A stretch of DNA of 64,000 nt. It comes from Malacoraja senta (Eukaryota). Position 1 is the first letter of the stretch. The number at the start of each line of letters is the position of its first letter. The position numbers and the translations under genes are program-made. Below the pieces are notes generated by a model. That model was not told where the DNA came from, searched no databases, and was given only the letters and a program-made list of their open reading frames with translations. Shown here piece after piece: positions 26,101-38,100 of the stretch. The stretch covers positions 25,234,001 to 25,298,000 of the forward strand of contig CM075985.1 in NCBI GenBank assembly GCA_038087875.1, in the 5' to 3' direction.

Positions 26101-29100
26101 GTATTCTATCCTGACCTTGGTTGCTGTCTATGCTGGGATTGCACGTTCTCCTTTTCACTGCCTGTGATCCCCCAAGTTTTTAACAGAGGATGATACTGAC
26201 CTGATGTTGTGGTGGTCCCAGATGTTGATGTAGTTGTTTCTAGTGAAATAAAAAAAATGTTATGTTCCACTGAGACAAACAAGAGGAATTGTTATGCAGT
26301 TTAGAATCCTTCAACAGGAATTTATCAACTGGCACCTTATAATAAAACATTTTACACTTGATATTTCCTTATCAGTGAATAAAGCGTGCAGCCATACAAT
26401 GCGGCTGCATTACTACTTCCTTGTCAATCAGCAGCTGAATATGTCAGGGCCATCACAAACAATTTCAATTTCTTAATGTACCAACTTCAGATTTTGTGGA
26501 AGCTCAGCAAGTATTCCAAGAACTACTGATCAGACATTTAGAACATAAGGAGCGGTAAAGTGCCACAGCTGGTGCAACTCCTACCTCACAGCACCAGAGA
26601 CTTCAGATTGATTTGTTCCATGGGTGTTGTATGCGTGGAGATTACATGTACTCCCTGTTATGTGTGCCTTTCCTACAAGTGTCAGAAATATATTGTCACT
26701 AACCTGATGTAGTACTGGTTGTGGTCTCAGTTGATGATGTAGTTGTTGGTGTTTCTAGTGAAAGAAAATAATGCAATATTCAACCAAGACAGCCAAGAGG
26801 AATTGGTACACAGCTAACTATTGGTAGTCAGGAAACCATCAGCAGGAATTCATATGCTGGCACACTTCATTAAAATGTTTAACAGATGGTATTTTTGTTC
26901 TTCATAGAATAAAATTGTAGGGCAAAACATACTTTTGATCAATCAGCAGCTGAATATTTCTTTGCCATCACAAATAATCCTGTGCTATCTATACACCAGT
27001 TGCGGATTTCCTGGAAGATCAACCGTCTTCCAAAGACCGCAAGGTCTACTTAATACCATAATTTCTAATAGTATGGAATGTGTGTACTATGGGTAAGCAT
27101 GTCTGTTCATATGTCCCATTGATACATGATTCTCAACTTGCATAAAATGTGTTCATATTAATCATGCTTTTGTTTTTTGCTATGGAATGTCCGAAGAAAT
27201 AGAGAAGCAGAAAACACCAACACATATCCTCCACAAATCTGAACTATTTTGAAATTGTGTCATAATTTGGTACAATTGTTATGAGCCAAACATTGACATC
27301 TTAACGTGTATATTTGCACAATTTATGCCAATAATGTAAGCAAAGATGCAAGAAGTAAGTCACAGAGCTGATGTTAGAAATGTTGTTTCATTGTCTTTAA
27401 TTTGCCAATGTTTATGGAAAGTGGTTTCACTCACCTGTTGTGGAACTGGAGGTGGACTCAGTTGTACCAGTTGTCAAAGATGTTGTTGGTGTTGTTCCTT
27501 GAGAGCAAATAGAAAAGCATTTACAAATTGAATTGCAAGAGTCACCAATCAATTTCAGTACGATACTGCACATTTTCCTGAGACTGGGCTGAATTTTAAC
27601 AATGTTCATTGTTCGTGCCTAAGCAAAGGTCATTTAGAAGTTAACCAAATTTTGCTTCGTCATTTATCAAGGACCGAAATTATGAAAAGACATTGTGATT
27701 TTTCAAAGAAAGTTCTGAACTCCTTTATTGATCCATTTTGGAAAAATCATTGAGCAGAAACAAAACTGTTTAACAGCGTTGCCATGACCAAAAACTCCCG
27801 GAATAGTGGAAGAGGCGAAGGGAAGAGACCTTTTCTATAAAAGTGAAAATCCTTATCCATGTCAACTGAAAAGTGCCAGCCTCAATGCTCTTTTTTAAAT
27901 TATTTAGGCAACCAGCACCAAAAGGCCACCTTAATATGGTAGAGGCTTCTATATTTTCGTGGTGAGAAACTACATTTTTTTAATAAAGGAATGAACAAAT
28001 ATTCCTGAAGAGGGTGCTGTGTAGAACTTCACTAAACAAAGCACAGTCCTAAAGGAAAAGCTAACAAGATTGATAGATGATGTTACTAACCTGATGTAGT
28101 GCTGGTGGTGGTCTCAGTTGTTGGTGTCGTTTCTAGTGAAAGAAAGAATGCTGTATTCAAGTGGAGCAGCCAAGAGGAATTGGTACACAGTTATAAAGCC
28201 ATCAACAGCAATTCATGAACTGGCACATTTTATGAAAGTGTTTTAATATGTAGATTGGTTACTTCTTAAGAATATATGCAAAGATAAACTGCTCAGCAAC
28301 AACAGACTGTGTCCCCCGCGGCCTCTCCACGGCGTTCAGCGCCCAGCTCGCCTATTTCACCACCTCAACTCGGTGGGTCTCCGGTGATGGCCCCGGTCAC
28401 TTCCCCGGTCACTTCCCCGTCATTTCACCAGTGAATTGAATAAAGCATGCTGTAGTGCGTGGGTCTCGGAATTAAGCACGAAGTCGTGTTTTGAGAAGCA
28501 CTTTTTATTAATATCCTCCCAGTTCTAGGGAAGACCAAACGAGAGGAAGATGGCACCCAAAACCCCTGCCTTTAAAGCCTCCGGCTAAGGGCCGCCTCCG
28601 GACTGAACCTCTCCTGTGCCGAGGGGTTCGACACTATGATGGCACGACCCTTGGGAGCCGCCACAGAACCCCCCCCCAAGAACCAGAGGCACGAAACGCA
28701 CCGGCGGGCGAACGACCCGGCCGGCCCGCGTGCGGAAGTTAGCCGCTAGTGGGGCTTGCGGAGGTATAGGTGGAGGGACAGGACGAGGGACCGGCGGTAG
28801 GACAGGTGGAGTGACAGGCGGAGGGAGCCGTGAAGGGGGGCGCCCTCGAGGCCGAGGTTGGGCAACCAGCACCGGCTGGTCAATGTCCAGGTGTGCCGGC
28901 TTCAAACGGTCAATCGACACTGCCTCCGGCCGGCCCCCCATGTCCAGGACAAAAGTCGACTGCCCGTGTTCCAGCACTCGGAACGGGCCCTCGTACGGCC
29001 TCTGGAGTGGCGTCCGGTGGGCATCACGGCGCAGGAAGATGTACGGGCAGTCCCTGAGGGCTGATGGCACGTGTGGGTGAAATGTCCCATGGCGGGACGT

Positions 29101-32100
29101 CGGGACGGGTGCGAGCCTGCCAACTTGCTCGCGAAGGCGCTTTAGGGTGGATGAGGGCGTTCCCTGCTGCCCCGGCGCCGACGGCACGAACTCCCCGGGC
29201 ACCGTGAGTGGCGACCCGTAAACGAGCTCCGCCGATGATGAGGCCAAGTCCTCTTTGGGAGCGGTCCGGATGCCCAGCATCACCCACGGCAACTCGTCCA
29301 TCCAGTCTGGGCCGGAGAGTCGTGCCTTCAGTGCTGCCTTCAGCTGCCGGTGGAATCTCTCCACCAGACCGTTAGCTTGCGGGTGGTAAGCCGTGGTGTG
29401 GTGTAGCCGCACCCCCAGCAAGTGAGCCATGGCTGACCACAGCTCGGAGGTGAACTGTGGCCCCCGGTCTGAGGAGATGTGCGCTGGCACCCCGAAGCGA
29501 GCAATCCAATGCGCGGACAACGCACGAGCACACGTAACCGTTGAAGTATCAGTCAACGGAATGGCCTCCGGCCACCGCGTGAAGCGGTCCACCATTGTCA
29601 GAAGGTGGGTGATGCCCCGGGATGGCGGGAGAGTGCCTACAATGTCTATGTGGAGATGGTCGAACCGCCGGTGAGGTAGACCAAACTCCTGGAGAGGCGC
29701 ACGGACATGGCGCTGGATCTTTGCCGTCTGGCACGGAATGCAGGTGCGAGCCCAATGGCCAACCTGCTTGCGCAGACCGTGCCACATGAAACGAGCGGCC
29801 ACTAGTGCCGTTGTCACCCGGATTGATGGGTGAGACAGTCCGTGGATCACCTCGAACACCCTCCGGCGCCAGGTGGCAGGGACGATGGGGCGCGGCTGAC
29901 CGGACGCCATACAATGCGGCTGCATTACTTTTTCCTTGTCAATCAGCAGCTGAATATTTCAGGGCCATCATAAACAATTTCAATTTCTTAATGTACCAAC
30001 TTCAGATTTTGTGGAAGCTCAGCAAGTATTCTAAGAACTACTGATCAGAAATTTAGAACATAAGGAGCGGTAAAGTGCCACAGCTGGTGCAACTCCTACC
30101 TCACAGCACCAGAGAATTCAGATTGATTTGTTCCACAGGTGTTGTGTGCATGGAGATTACATGTACTCCTGTTGTGTGTGCCTTTCCTACAAGTGTCAGA
30201 AATATATTGTCACTAACCTGATGTAGTACTGGTAGTGGTCTCAGTTGTTGATGTAGTTGTTGGTGTTTCTACTGAAAGAAAAGAATGCAATATTCAACCA
30301 AGGCAGCCAAGAGGAATTGGTATACACCTAACTATTGGTAGTCAGGAAACCATCAGCAGGAATTCATATGCTGGCACACTTTATTAAAATGTTTAACAGA
30401 TGGCATTTTTGTTCTTCGTAGAATAAAATGGCAGGCCAAATTATATCTGATCAATCAGCAGCTGAATATTTCTGTGCCATCACAAATAAACCTGTTCTCT
30501 CCATATACCAGTTGCAGATTTCCTGGAAGATCAACCGTCTTCCAAATACCGCAAGGTCTACTTAATACCATATTTTCTAATACCATTATTCGTTGATCCA
30601 TTTTTGAAAAATCTTTGAGCTGAAACAAAACTGTTTAACAGCGTTGGCATGACCAAAAACTCCCGGAATAGTGGAAGAGGCGAAGGGAAGAGACCTTTTC
30701 TATAAAAGTGAAAATCCTTATCCATATCTACTGTAAGGTGCCAGACTCAATTCACTTTTTAAATTATTATTGCAGGCAATCAGCACCAAAAGGCCTCCTT
30801 AATTCGATAGTTGTTTCTATATTTTCTTGGTGAGAAACTACATTTTTGGAATAAAGCAATGAACAAATATTCCTGAAGAGGGTGCTATATAGAGCTTCAC
30901 TAAACAAAGCACAGTCCTAAAGGAAAAGCTAACAAGATTGATAGATGATGTTACTAACCTGATGTAATGCTGGTGGTGGTCTCTGTTGTTGGTGTCGTTT
31001 CTAGTGAAAAAAAAGAATGCTGTATTCAAGTGGGGCAGCCAAGAGGAATTGGTACGCAGTTATAAAGCCATCAACAGGAATTCATGAGCTGGCATATTTT
31101 ATGAAAACGTTTTACTAGTTGTCACTTTCTTCATCAGTCAATAAAGCATGCGGCCATACTATATGGCTGCATTGATTTTTCCTCGTCTTTCAGAAATTGC
31201 AGCTGATCAGGCATTTAGTAAGATTGAGTTGGCACAGATGTGCAGCTGGTAGAGCTGCAGCCTCATAGTGTTAGAGATTTGTATTCTATCCTGACCTCGG
31301 TTGCTGTCTATGCTGGGATTGCACGTTCTCCTTTTCACTGCCTGTGATGCCCCAAGTTTTTAACAGAGGAATATACTGACCTGATGTTGTGGTGGTCCCA
31401 GATGTTGATGTAGTTGTTTCTAGTGAAATAAAAAAATGTTATGTTCCACTGAGACAAACAAGAGGAATTGTTATGCAGTTTAGAATCCTTCAACAGGAAT
31501 TTATCAACTGGCACCTTTTAATAAAACATTTATACACTTGATATTTCCTTATCAGTGAATAAAGCGTGCGGCCATACAATGCGGCTGCATTACTTTTTCC
31601 TTGTCAATCAGCAGCTGAATATGTCAGGGCCATCACAAACAATTTCAATTTCTTAATGTACCAACTTCAGATTTTGTGGAAGCTCAGCAAATATTCCAAG
31701 AACTACTGATCAGAAATTTAGAACATAAGCAGCGGTAAAGTGCCACAGCTGGTGCAACACCTACGTCACAGCACCAGAGACTTCAGATTGATTTGTTCCA
31801 TGGGTGTTGTGTGCATGGAGATTACATGTACTCCCTGTTATGTGTGTATTTCCTACAAGTGTCCGAAATATATTGTCACTAACCTGATGTAGTACTGGTC
31901 GTGGTCTCAGTTGATGATGTAGTTGTTGGTGTTTCTAGTGAAAGAAAATAATGCAATATTCAACCAAGACAGCCAAGAGGAATTGGTATACAGCTAACTA
32001 TTGGTAGTCAGGAAACCATCAGCAGGAATTCTATGCTGGCACACTTTATTAAAATATTTAACAGATGGCATTTTTGGTCTTCATAGAATAAAATTGTTGG

Positions 32101-35100
32101 GCAAAACATACTTTTGATCAATCAGCAGCTGAATATTTCTGTGCCATCACAAATAATCCTGTGCTATCTATACACCAGTTGCGGATTTCCTGGAAGATCA
32201 ATCGTCTTCCAAAGACCGCAAGGTCTACTTAATACCATAATTTCTAATAGTATGGAATGTGTGTACTATGGGTAAGCATGTCTGTTCATATGTCCCATTG
32301 ATACATGATTCTCAACTTGCATAAAATGTGTTCATATTAATCATGGTTTTGTTTTTTGCTACGGAATGTCCGAAGAAATAGAGAAGCAGAAAACACCAAC
32401 ACATATCCTCCACAAATCTGAACTATTTTGAAATTGTGTCATAATTTGGTACAATTGTTATGAGCCAAACATTGACATCTTAACGTGTATATTTGCACAA
32501 TTTATGCCAATAATGTAAGCAAAGATGCAAGAAGTAAGTCACAGAGCTGATGTTAGAAATGTTGTTTCATTGTCTTTGATTTGCCAATGTTTATGGAAAG
32601 TGGTTTCACTCACCTGTTGTGGAACTGGAGGTGGACTCAGTTGTACCAGTTGTCAAAGATGTTGTTGGTGTTGTTCCTTGAGAGCAAATAGAAAAGCATT
32701 TACAAATTGAATTGCAAGAGTCACCAATCAATTTTAGTACGATACTGCACATTTTCCTGAGACTGGGCTGAATTTTAACAATGTTCATTGTTCGTGCCTA
32801 AGCAAAGGACATTTAGAAGTTAACCAAATTTTGCTTCGTCATTTATCAAGGACCGAAATGATGAAAAGACATTGTGATTTTTCAAAGAAAGTTCTGAACT
32901 CCTTTATTGATCCATTTTGGAAAAATCATTGAGCAGAAACAAAACTGTTTAACAGCGTTGCCATGACCAAAAACTCCCGGAATAGTGGAAGAGGCAAAGG
33001 GAAGAGACCTTTTCTATAAAAGTGAAAATCCTTATCCATGTCAACTGAAAAGTGCCAGCCTCAATGCTCTTTTTAAAATTATTTAGGCAACCTGCACCAA
33101 AACGCCACTTTAATATGGTAGAGGCTTCTATATTTTCGTGGTGAGAAACTACATTTTTTGAATAAAGGAATGAACAAATATTCCTGAAGAGGGTGCTGAG
33201 TAGAACTTCACTAAACAAAGCACAGTCCTAAAGGAAAAGCTAACAAGATTGATAGATGATGTTACTAACCTGATGTGGTGCTGGTGGTGGTCTCAGTTGT
33301 TGGTGTCGTTTCTAGTGAAAAAAAAGAATGCTGTATTCAAGTGGGGCAGCCAAGAGGAATTGGTACGCAGTTATAAAGCCATCAACAGCAATTCATGAGC
33401 TGGCACATTTTATGAAAGTGTTTTAATATGTAGATTGGTTACTTCTTAATAATATATGCAAAGATAAACTGCTCAGCAACAACAGACTGTGTCCCCCGCG
33501 GCCTCTCCACGGCGTTCAGCGCCCAGCTCGCCTATTTCACCACCTCAACTCGGTGGGTCTCCGGTGATGGCCCCGGTCACTTCCCCGGTCACTTCCCTGT
33601 CATTTCACCAGTGAATTGAATAAAGCATGTGGCCATACTATATGGCTGCATTACTTTTTCCTTGTCAATCAGCAGCTGAATATTTCAGGGCCATCATAAA
33701 CAATTTCAATTTCTTAATGTACCAACTTCAGATTTTGTGGAAGCTCAGCAAGTATTCTAAGAACTACTGATCAGAAATTTAGAACATAAGGAGCGGTAAA
33801 GTGCCACAGCTGGTGCAACTCCTACCTCACAGCACCAGAGAATTCAGATTGATTTGTTCCACAGGTGTTGTGTGCATGGAGATTACATGTACTCCTGTTG
33901 TGTGTGCCTTTCCTACAAGTGTCTGAAATATATTGTCACTAACCTGATGTAGTACTGGTTGTGGTCTCAGTTGTTGATGTAGTTGTTGGTGTTTCTACTG
34001 AAAGAAAATAATGCAATATTCAACCAAGGCAGCCAAGAGGAATTGGTATACACCTAACCATTGGTAGTCAGGAAACCATCAGCAGGAATTCATATGCTGG
34101 CACACTTTATTAACATGTTTAACAGATGGCATTTTTGTTCTTCGTAGAATAAAATGGCAGGCCAAATTATATCTGATCAATCAGCAGCTGAATATTTCTG
34201 TGCCATCACAAATAAACCTGTTCTCTCTATATACCAGTTGCAGATTTCCTGGAAGATCAACCGTCTTCCAAATACCGCAAGGTCTACTTGATACCATATT
34301 TTCTAATACCATTATTCGTTGATCCATTTTTGAAAAATCTTTGAGCTGAAACAAAACTGTTTAACAGCGTTGCCATGACCAAAAACTCCCGGAATAGTGG
34401 AAGAGGCGAAGGGAAGAGACCTTTTCTATAAAAGTGAAAATCCTTATCCATATCTACTGTAAGGTGCCAGACTCAATTCACTTTTTAAATTATTATTGCA
34501 GGCAATCAGCACCAAAAGGCCTCCTTAATTCGGTAGTTGTTTCTATATTTTCTTGGTGAGAAACTACATTTTTGGAATAAAGCAATGAACAAATTTTCCT
34601 GAAGAGGGTGCTATATAGAGCTTCACTAAACAAAGCACAGTCCTAAAGGAAAAGCTAACAAGATTGATAGATGATGTTACTAACCTGATGTAATGCTGGT
34701 GGTGGTCTCTGTTGTTGGTGTCGTTTCTAGTGAAAAAAAAGAATGCTGTATTCAAGTGGGGCAGCCAAGAGGAATTGGTACGCAGTTATAAAGCCATCAA
34801 CAGGAATTCATGAGCTGGCATATTTTATGAAAACGTTTTACTAGTTGTCACTTTCTTCATCAGTCAATAAAGCATGCGGCCATACTATATGACTGCATTG
34901 ATTTTTCCTCGTCTTTCAGAAATTGCAGCTGATCAGGCATTTAGTAAGATTGAGTTGGCACAGATGTGCAGCCGGTAGAGCTGCAGCCTCATAGTGTTAG
35001 AGATTAGTATTCTATCCTGACCTCGGTTTCTGTCTATGCTGGGATTGCACGTTCTCCTTTTCACTGCCTGTGATCCCCCAAGTTTTTAACAGAGGATGAT

Positions 35101-38100
35101 ACTGACCTGATGTTGTGGTGGTCCCAGATGTTGATGTAGTTGTTTCTAGTGAAATAAAAAAAATGTTATGTTCCACTGAGACAAACAAGAGGAATTGTTA
35201 TGCAGTTTAGAATCCTTCAACAGGAATTTATCAACTGGCACCTTTTAATAAAACATTTTACACTTGATATTTCCTTATCAGTGAATAAAGCGTGCGGCCA
35301 TACTATGCGGCTGCATTACTACTTCCTTGTCAATCAGCAGCTGTATATGTCAGGGCCATCACAAACAATTTCAATTTCTTAATGTACCAACTTCAGATTT
35401 TGTGGAAGCTCAGCAAGTATTCCAAGAACTACTGATCAGAAATTTAGAACATAAGGAGCGGTAAAGTGCCACAGCTGGTGCAACTCCTACCTCACAGCAC
35501 CAGAGACTTCAGATTGATGTGTTCCATGGGTGTTGTGTTCATGGAGATTACATGTACTCCCTGTTATGTGTCCCTTTCCTACAAGTGTCTTAAATATATT
35601 GTCACTAACCTGATGTAGTACTGGTAGTGGTCTCAGTTGTTGATGTAGTTGTTGGTGTTTCTAGTGAAAGAAAATAATGCAATATTCAACCAAGACAGCC
35701 AAGAGAAATTGGTATACAGCTAACTATTGGTAGTCAGGAAACCATCAGTAGGAATTCATATGCTGGCACACTTTATTAAAATGTTTAACAGATGGCATTT
35801 TTGTTCTTCATAGAATAAAATTGTAGGGCAAAATATACTTTTGATCAATCAGCAGCTGAATATTTCTGTGCCATCACAAATAATCCTGTTCTATCTGTCA
35901 CCAGTTGCAGATTTCCTGGAAGATAAACCGTCTTCCAAAGACCGCAAGGTCTACTTAATACCATAATTTCTAATAGTATGGAATGTGTGTACTATGGGTA
36001 AGCATGTCTGTTCATATGTCCCATTGATACATGATTCTCAACTTGCATAAAATGTGTTCATATTAATCATGGTTTTGTAGTTTGCTACGGAATGTCCGAA
36101 GAAATTGAGAAGCAGAAAACACCAACTCACATCCTCCACAAATCTGAACTATTTTGAAATTGTGCCATAATTTGGTAAAACTGTTATGTCAAACATTGAC
36201 AGCTTAACATGTATATTTGCACAATTTATGCCAATAATGTAAGCAAAGATGCAAGAAGTTAGCCACAGAGCTGATGTTAGAAATGTGTTTCATTGTCTTT
36301 GATTTGCCAATGTTTATGGAAAGTGGTTTGACTCACCTGTTGTGGAACTGGAGGTGGACTCAGTTGTACCAGTTGTCAAAGATGTTGTTGGTGTTGTTCC
36401 TTGAGAGCAAATAGAAAAGCATTTACAAATTGAATTGCAAGAGTCACCAATCAATTTCAGTACGATACTGCACATTTTCCTGAGACTGGGCTGAATTTTA
36501 ACAATGTTCATTGTTCGTGCCTAAGCAAAGGACATTTAGAAGTTAACCAAATTTTGCTTCGTCATTTATCAAGGACCGAAATTATGAAAAGACATTGTGA
36601 TTTTTCAAAGAAAGTTCTGAACTCCTTTATTGATCCATTTTGGAAAAATCATTGAGCAGAAACAAAACTGTTTAACTGCGTTGCCATGACCAAAAACTCC
36701 CGGAAAATTGGAAGAGGCAAAGGGAAGAGACCTTTTCTAAAAAAGTGAAAATCCTTATCCATGTCAACTGAAAAGTGCCAGCCTCAATGCTGTTTTTAAA
36801 ATTATTGTAGGCAGCCAGCATCTAAAGGCCTCCTTAATTTGGTAGTAGCTTCTATATTTTCGTGTTGACAAACTACATTTTTGAATAAAGCAATGAACAA
36901 ATGTTCCTGAAGAGGGTGCTATATAGAGCTTCACTAAACAAAGCACAGTCCTAAAGGAAAAGCTAACAAGATTGATAGATGATGTTACTAACCTGATGTA
37001 GTGCTGGTGGTGGTCTCAGTTGTTGGTGTCGTTTCTAGTGAAAGAAAATATTGCTGTATTCAAGTGGGACAGTCAAGAGGAATTGGTACACAGTTATAAA
37101 GCCATCAACAGGAATTCATGAGCTGGCACATTTTATGAAAGTGTTTTAATATATAGATTGGTTACTTCTTACTAATATAAGCGAAGATAAACTGCTCAGC
37201 AACAACAGACTGTGTCCCCCGCGGCCTCTCCACTGTGTTCAGCGCCCAGCTCGCCTATTTCACCACCTCAACTCGGTGGGTCTCCGGTGCTGTCCCCGGT
37301 CACTTCCCCGTCACTTCACCGGTGAATTGAATAAAGCATGCGGCCATACTATACGGCTGCATTACTTTTTCCTTGTCAATCAGCAGCTGAATATTTCAGG
37401 GCCATCATAAACAATTTCAATTTCTTAATGTACCAACTTCAGATTTTGTGGAAGCTCAGCAAGTATTCTAAGAACTACTGATCAGAAATTTAGAACATAA
37501 GGAGCGGTAAAGTGCCACAGCTGGTGCAACTCCTACCTCGCAGCACCAGAGAATTCAGATTGATTTGTTCCACAGGTGTTGTGTGCATGGAGGTTACATG
37601 TACTCCTGTTGTGTGTGCCTTTCCTACAAGTGTCTGAAATATATTGTCACTAACCTGATGTAGTACTGGTTGTGGTCTCAGTTGTTGATGTAGTTGTTGG
37701 TGTTTCTACTGAAAGAAAATAATGCAATATTCAACCAAGGCAGCCAAGAGGAATTGGTATACACCTAACTATTGGTAGTCAGGAAACCATCAGCAGGAAT
37801 TCATATGCTGGCACACTTTATTGAAATGTTTAACAGATGGCATTTTTGTTCTTCGTAGAATAAAATGGCAGGCCAAATTATATCTGATCAATCAGCAGCT
37901 GAATATTTCTGTGCCATCACAAATAAACCTGTTCTCTCTATATACCAGTTGCAGATTTCCTGGAAGATCAACCGTCTTCCAAATACTGCAAGGTCTACTT
38001 AATACCATATTTTCTAATACCATTATTCGTTGATCCATTTTTGAAAAATCTTTGAGCTGAAACAAAACTGTTTAACAGCGTTGCCATGACCAAAAACTCC

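Noticed and set aside
28585-29925. 446-aa ORF as a domesticated stand-alone integrase gene
   Set aside because: Its start (MQPHCMA, 29906-29925) is host intron sequence. It is followed by a PPT and LTR and truncated at the 5' end, which indicates a recent transposon fragment.
28730-30044. Multiple overlapping ORFs on both strands
   Set aside because: Shadow frames of GC-rich integrase sequence.
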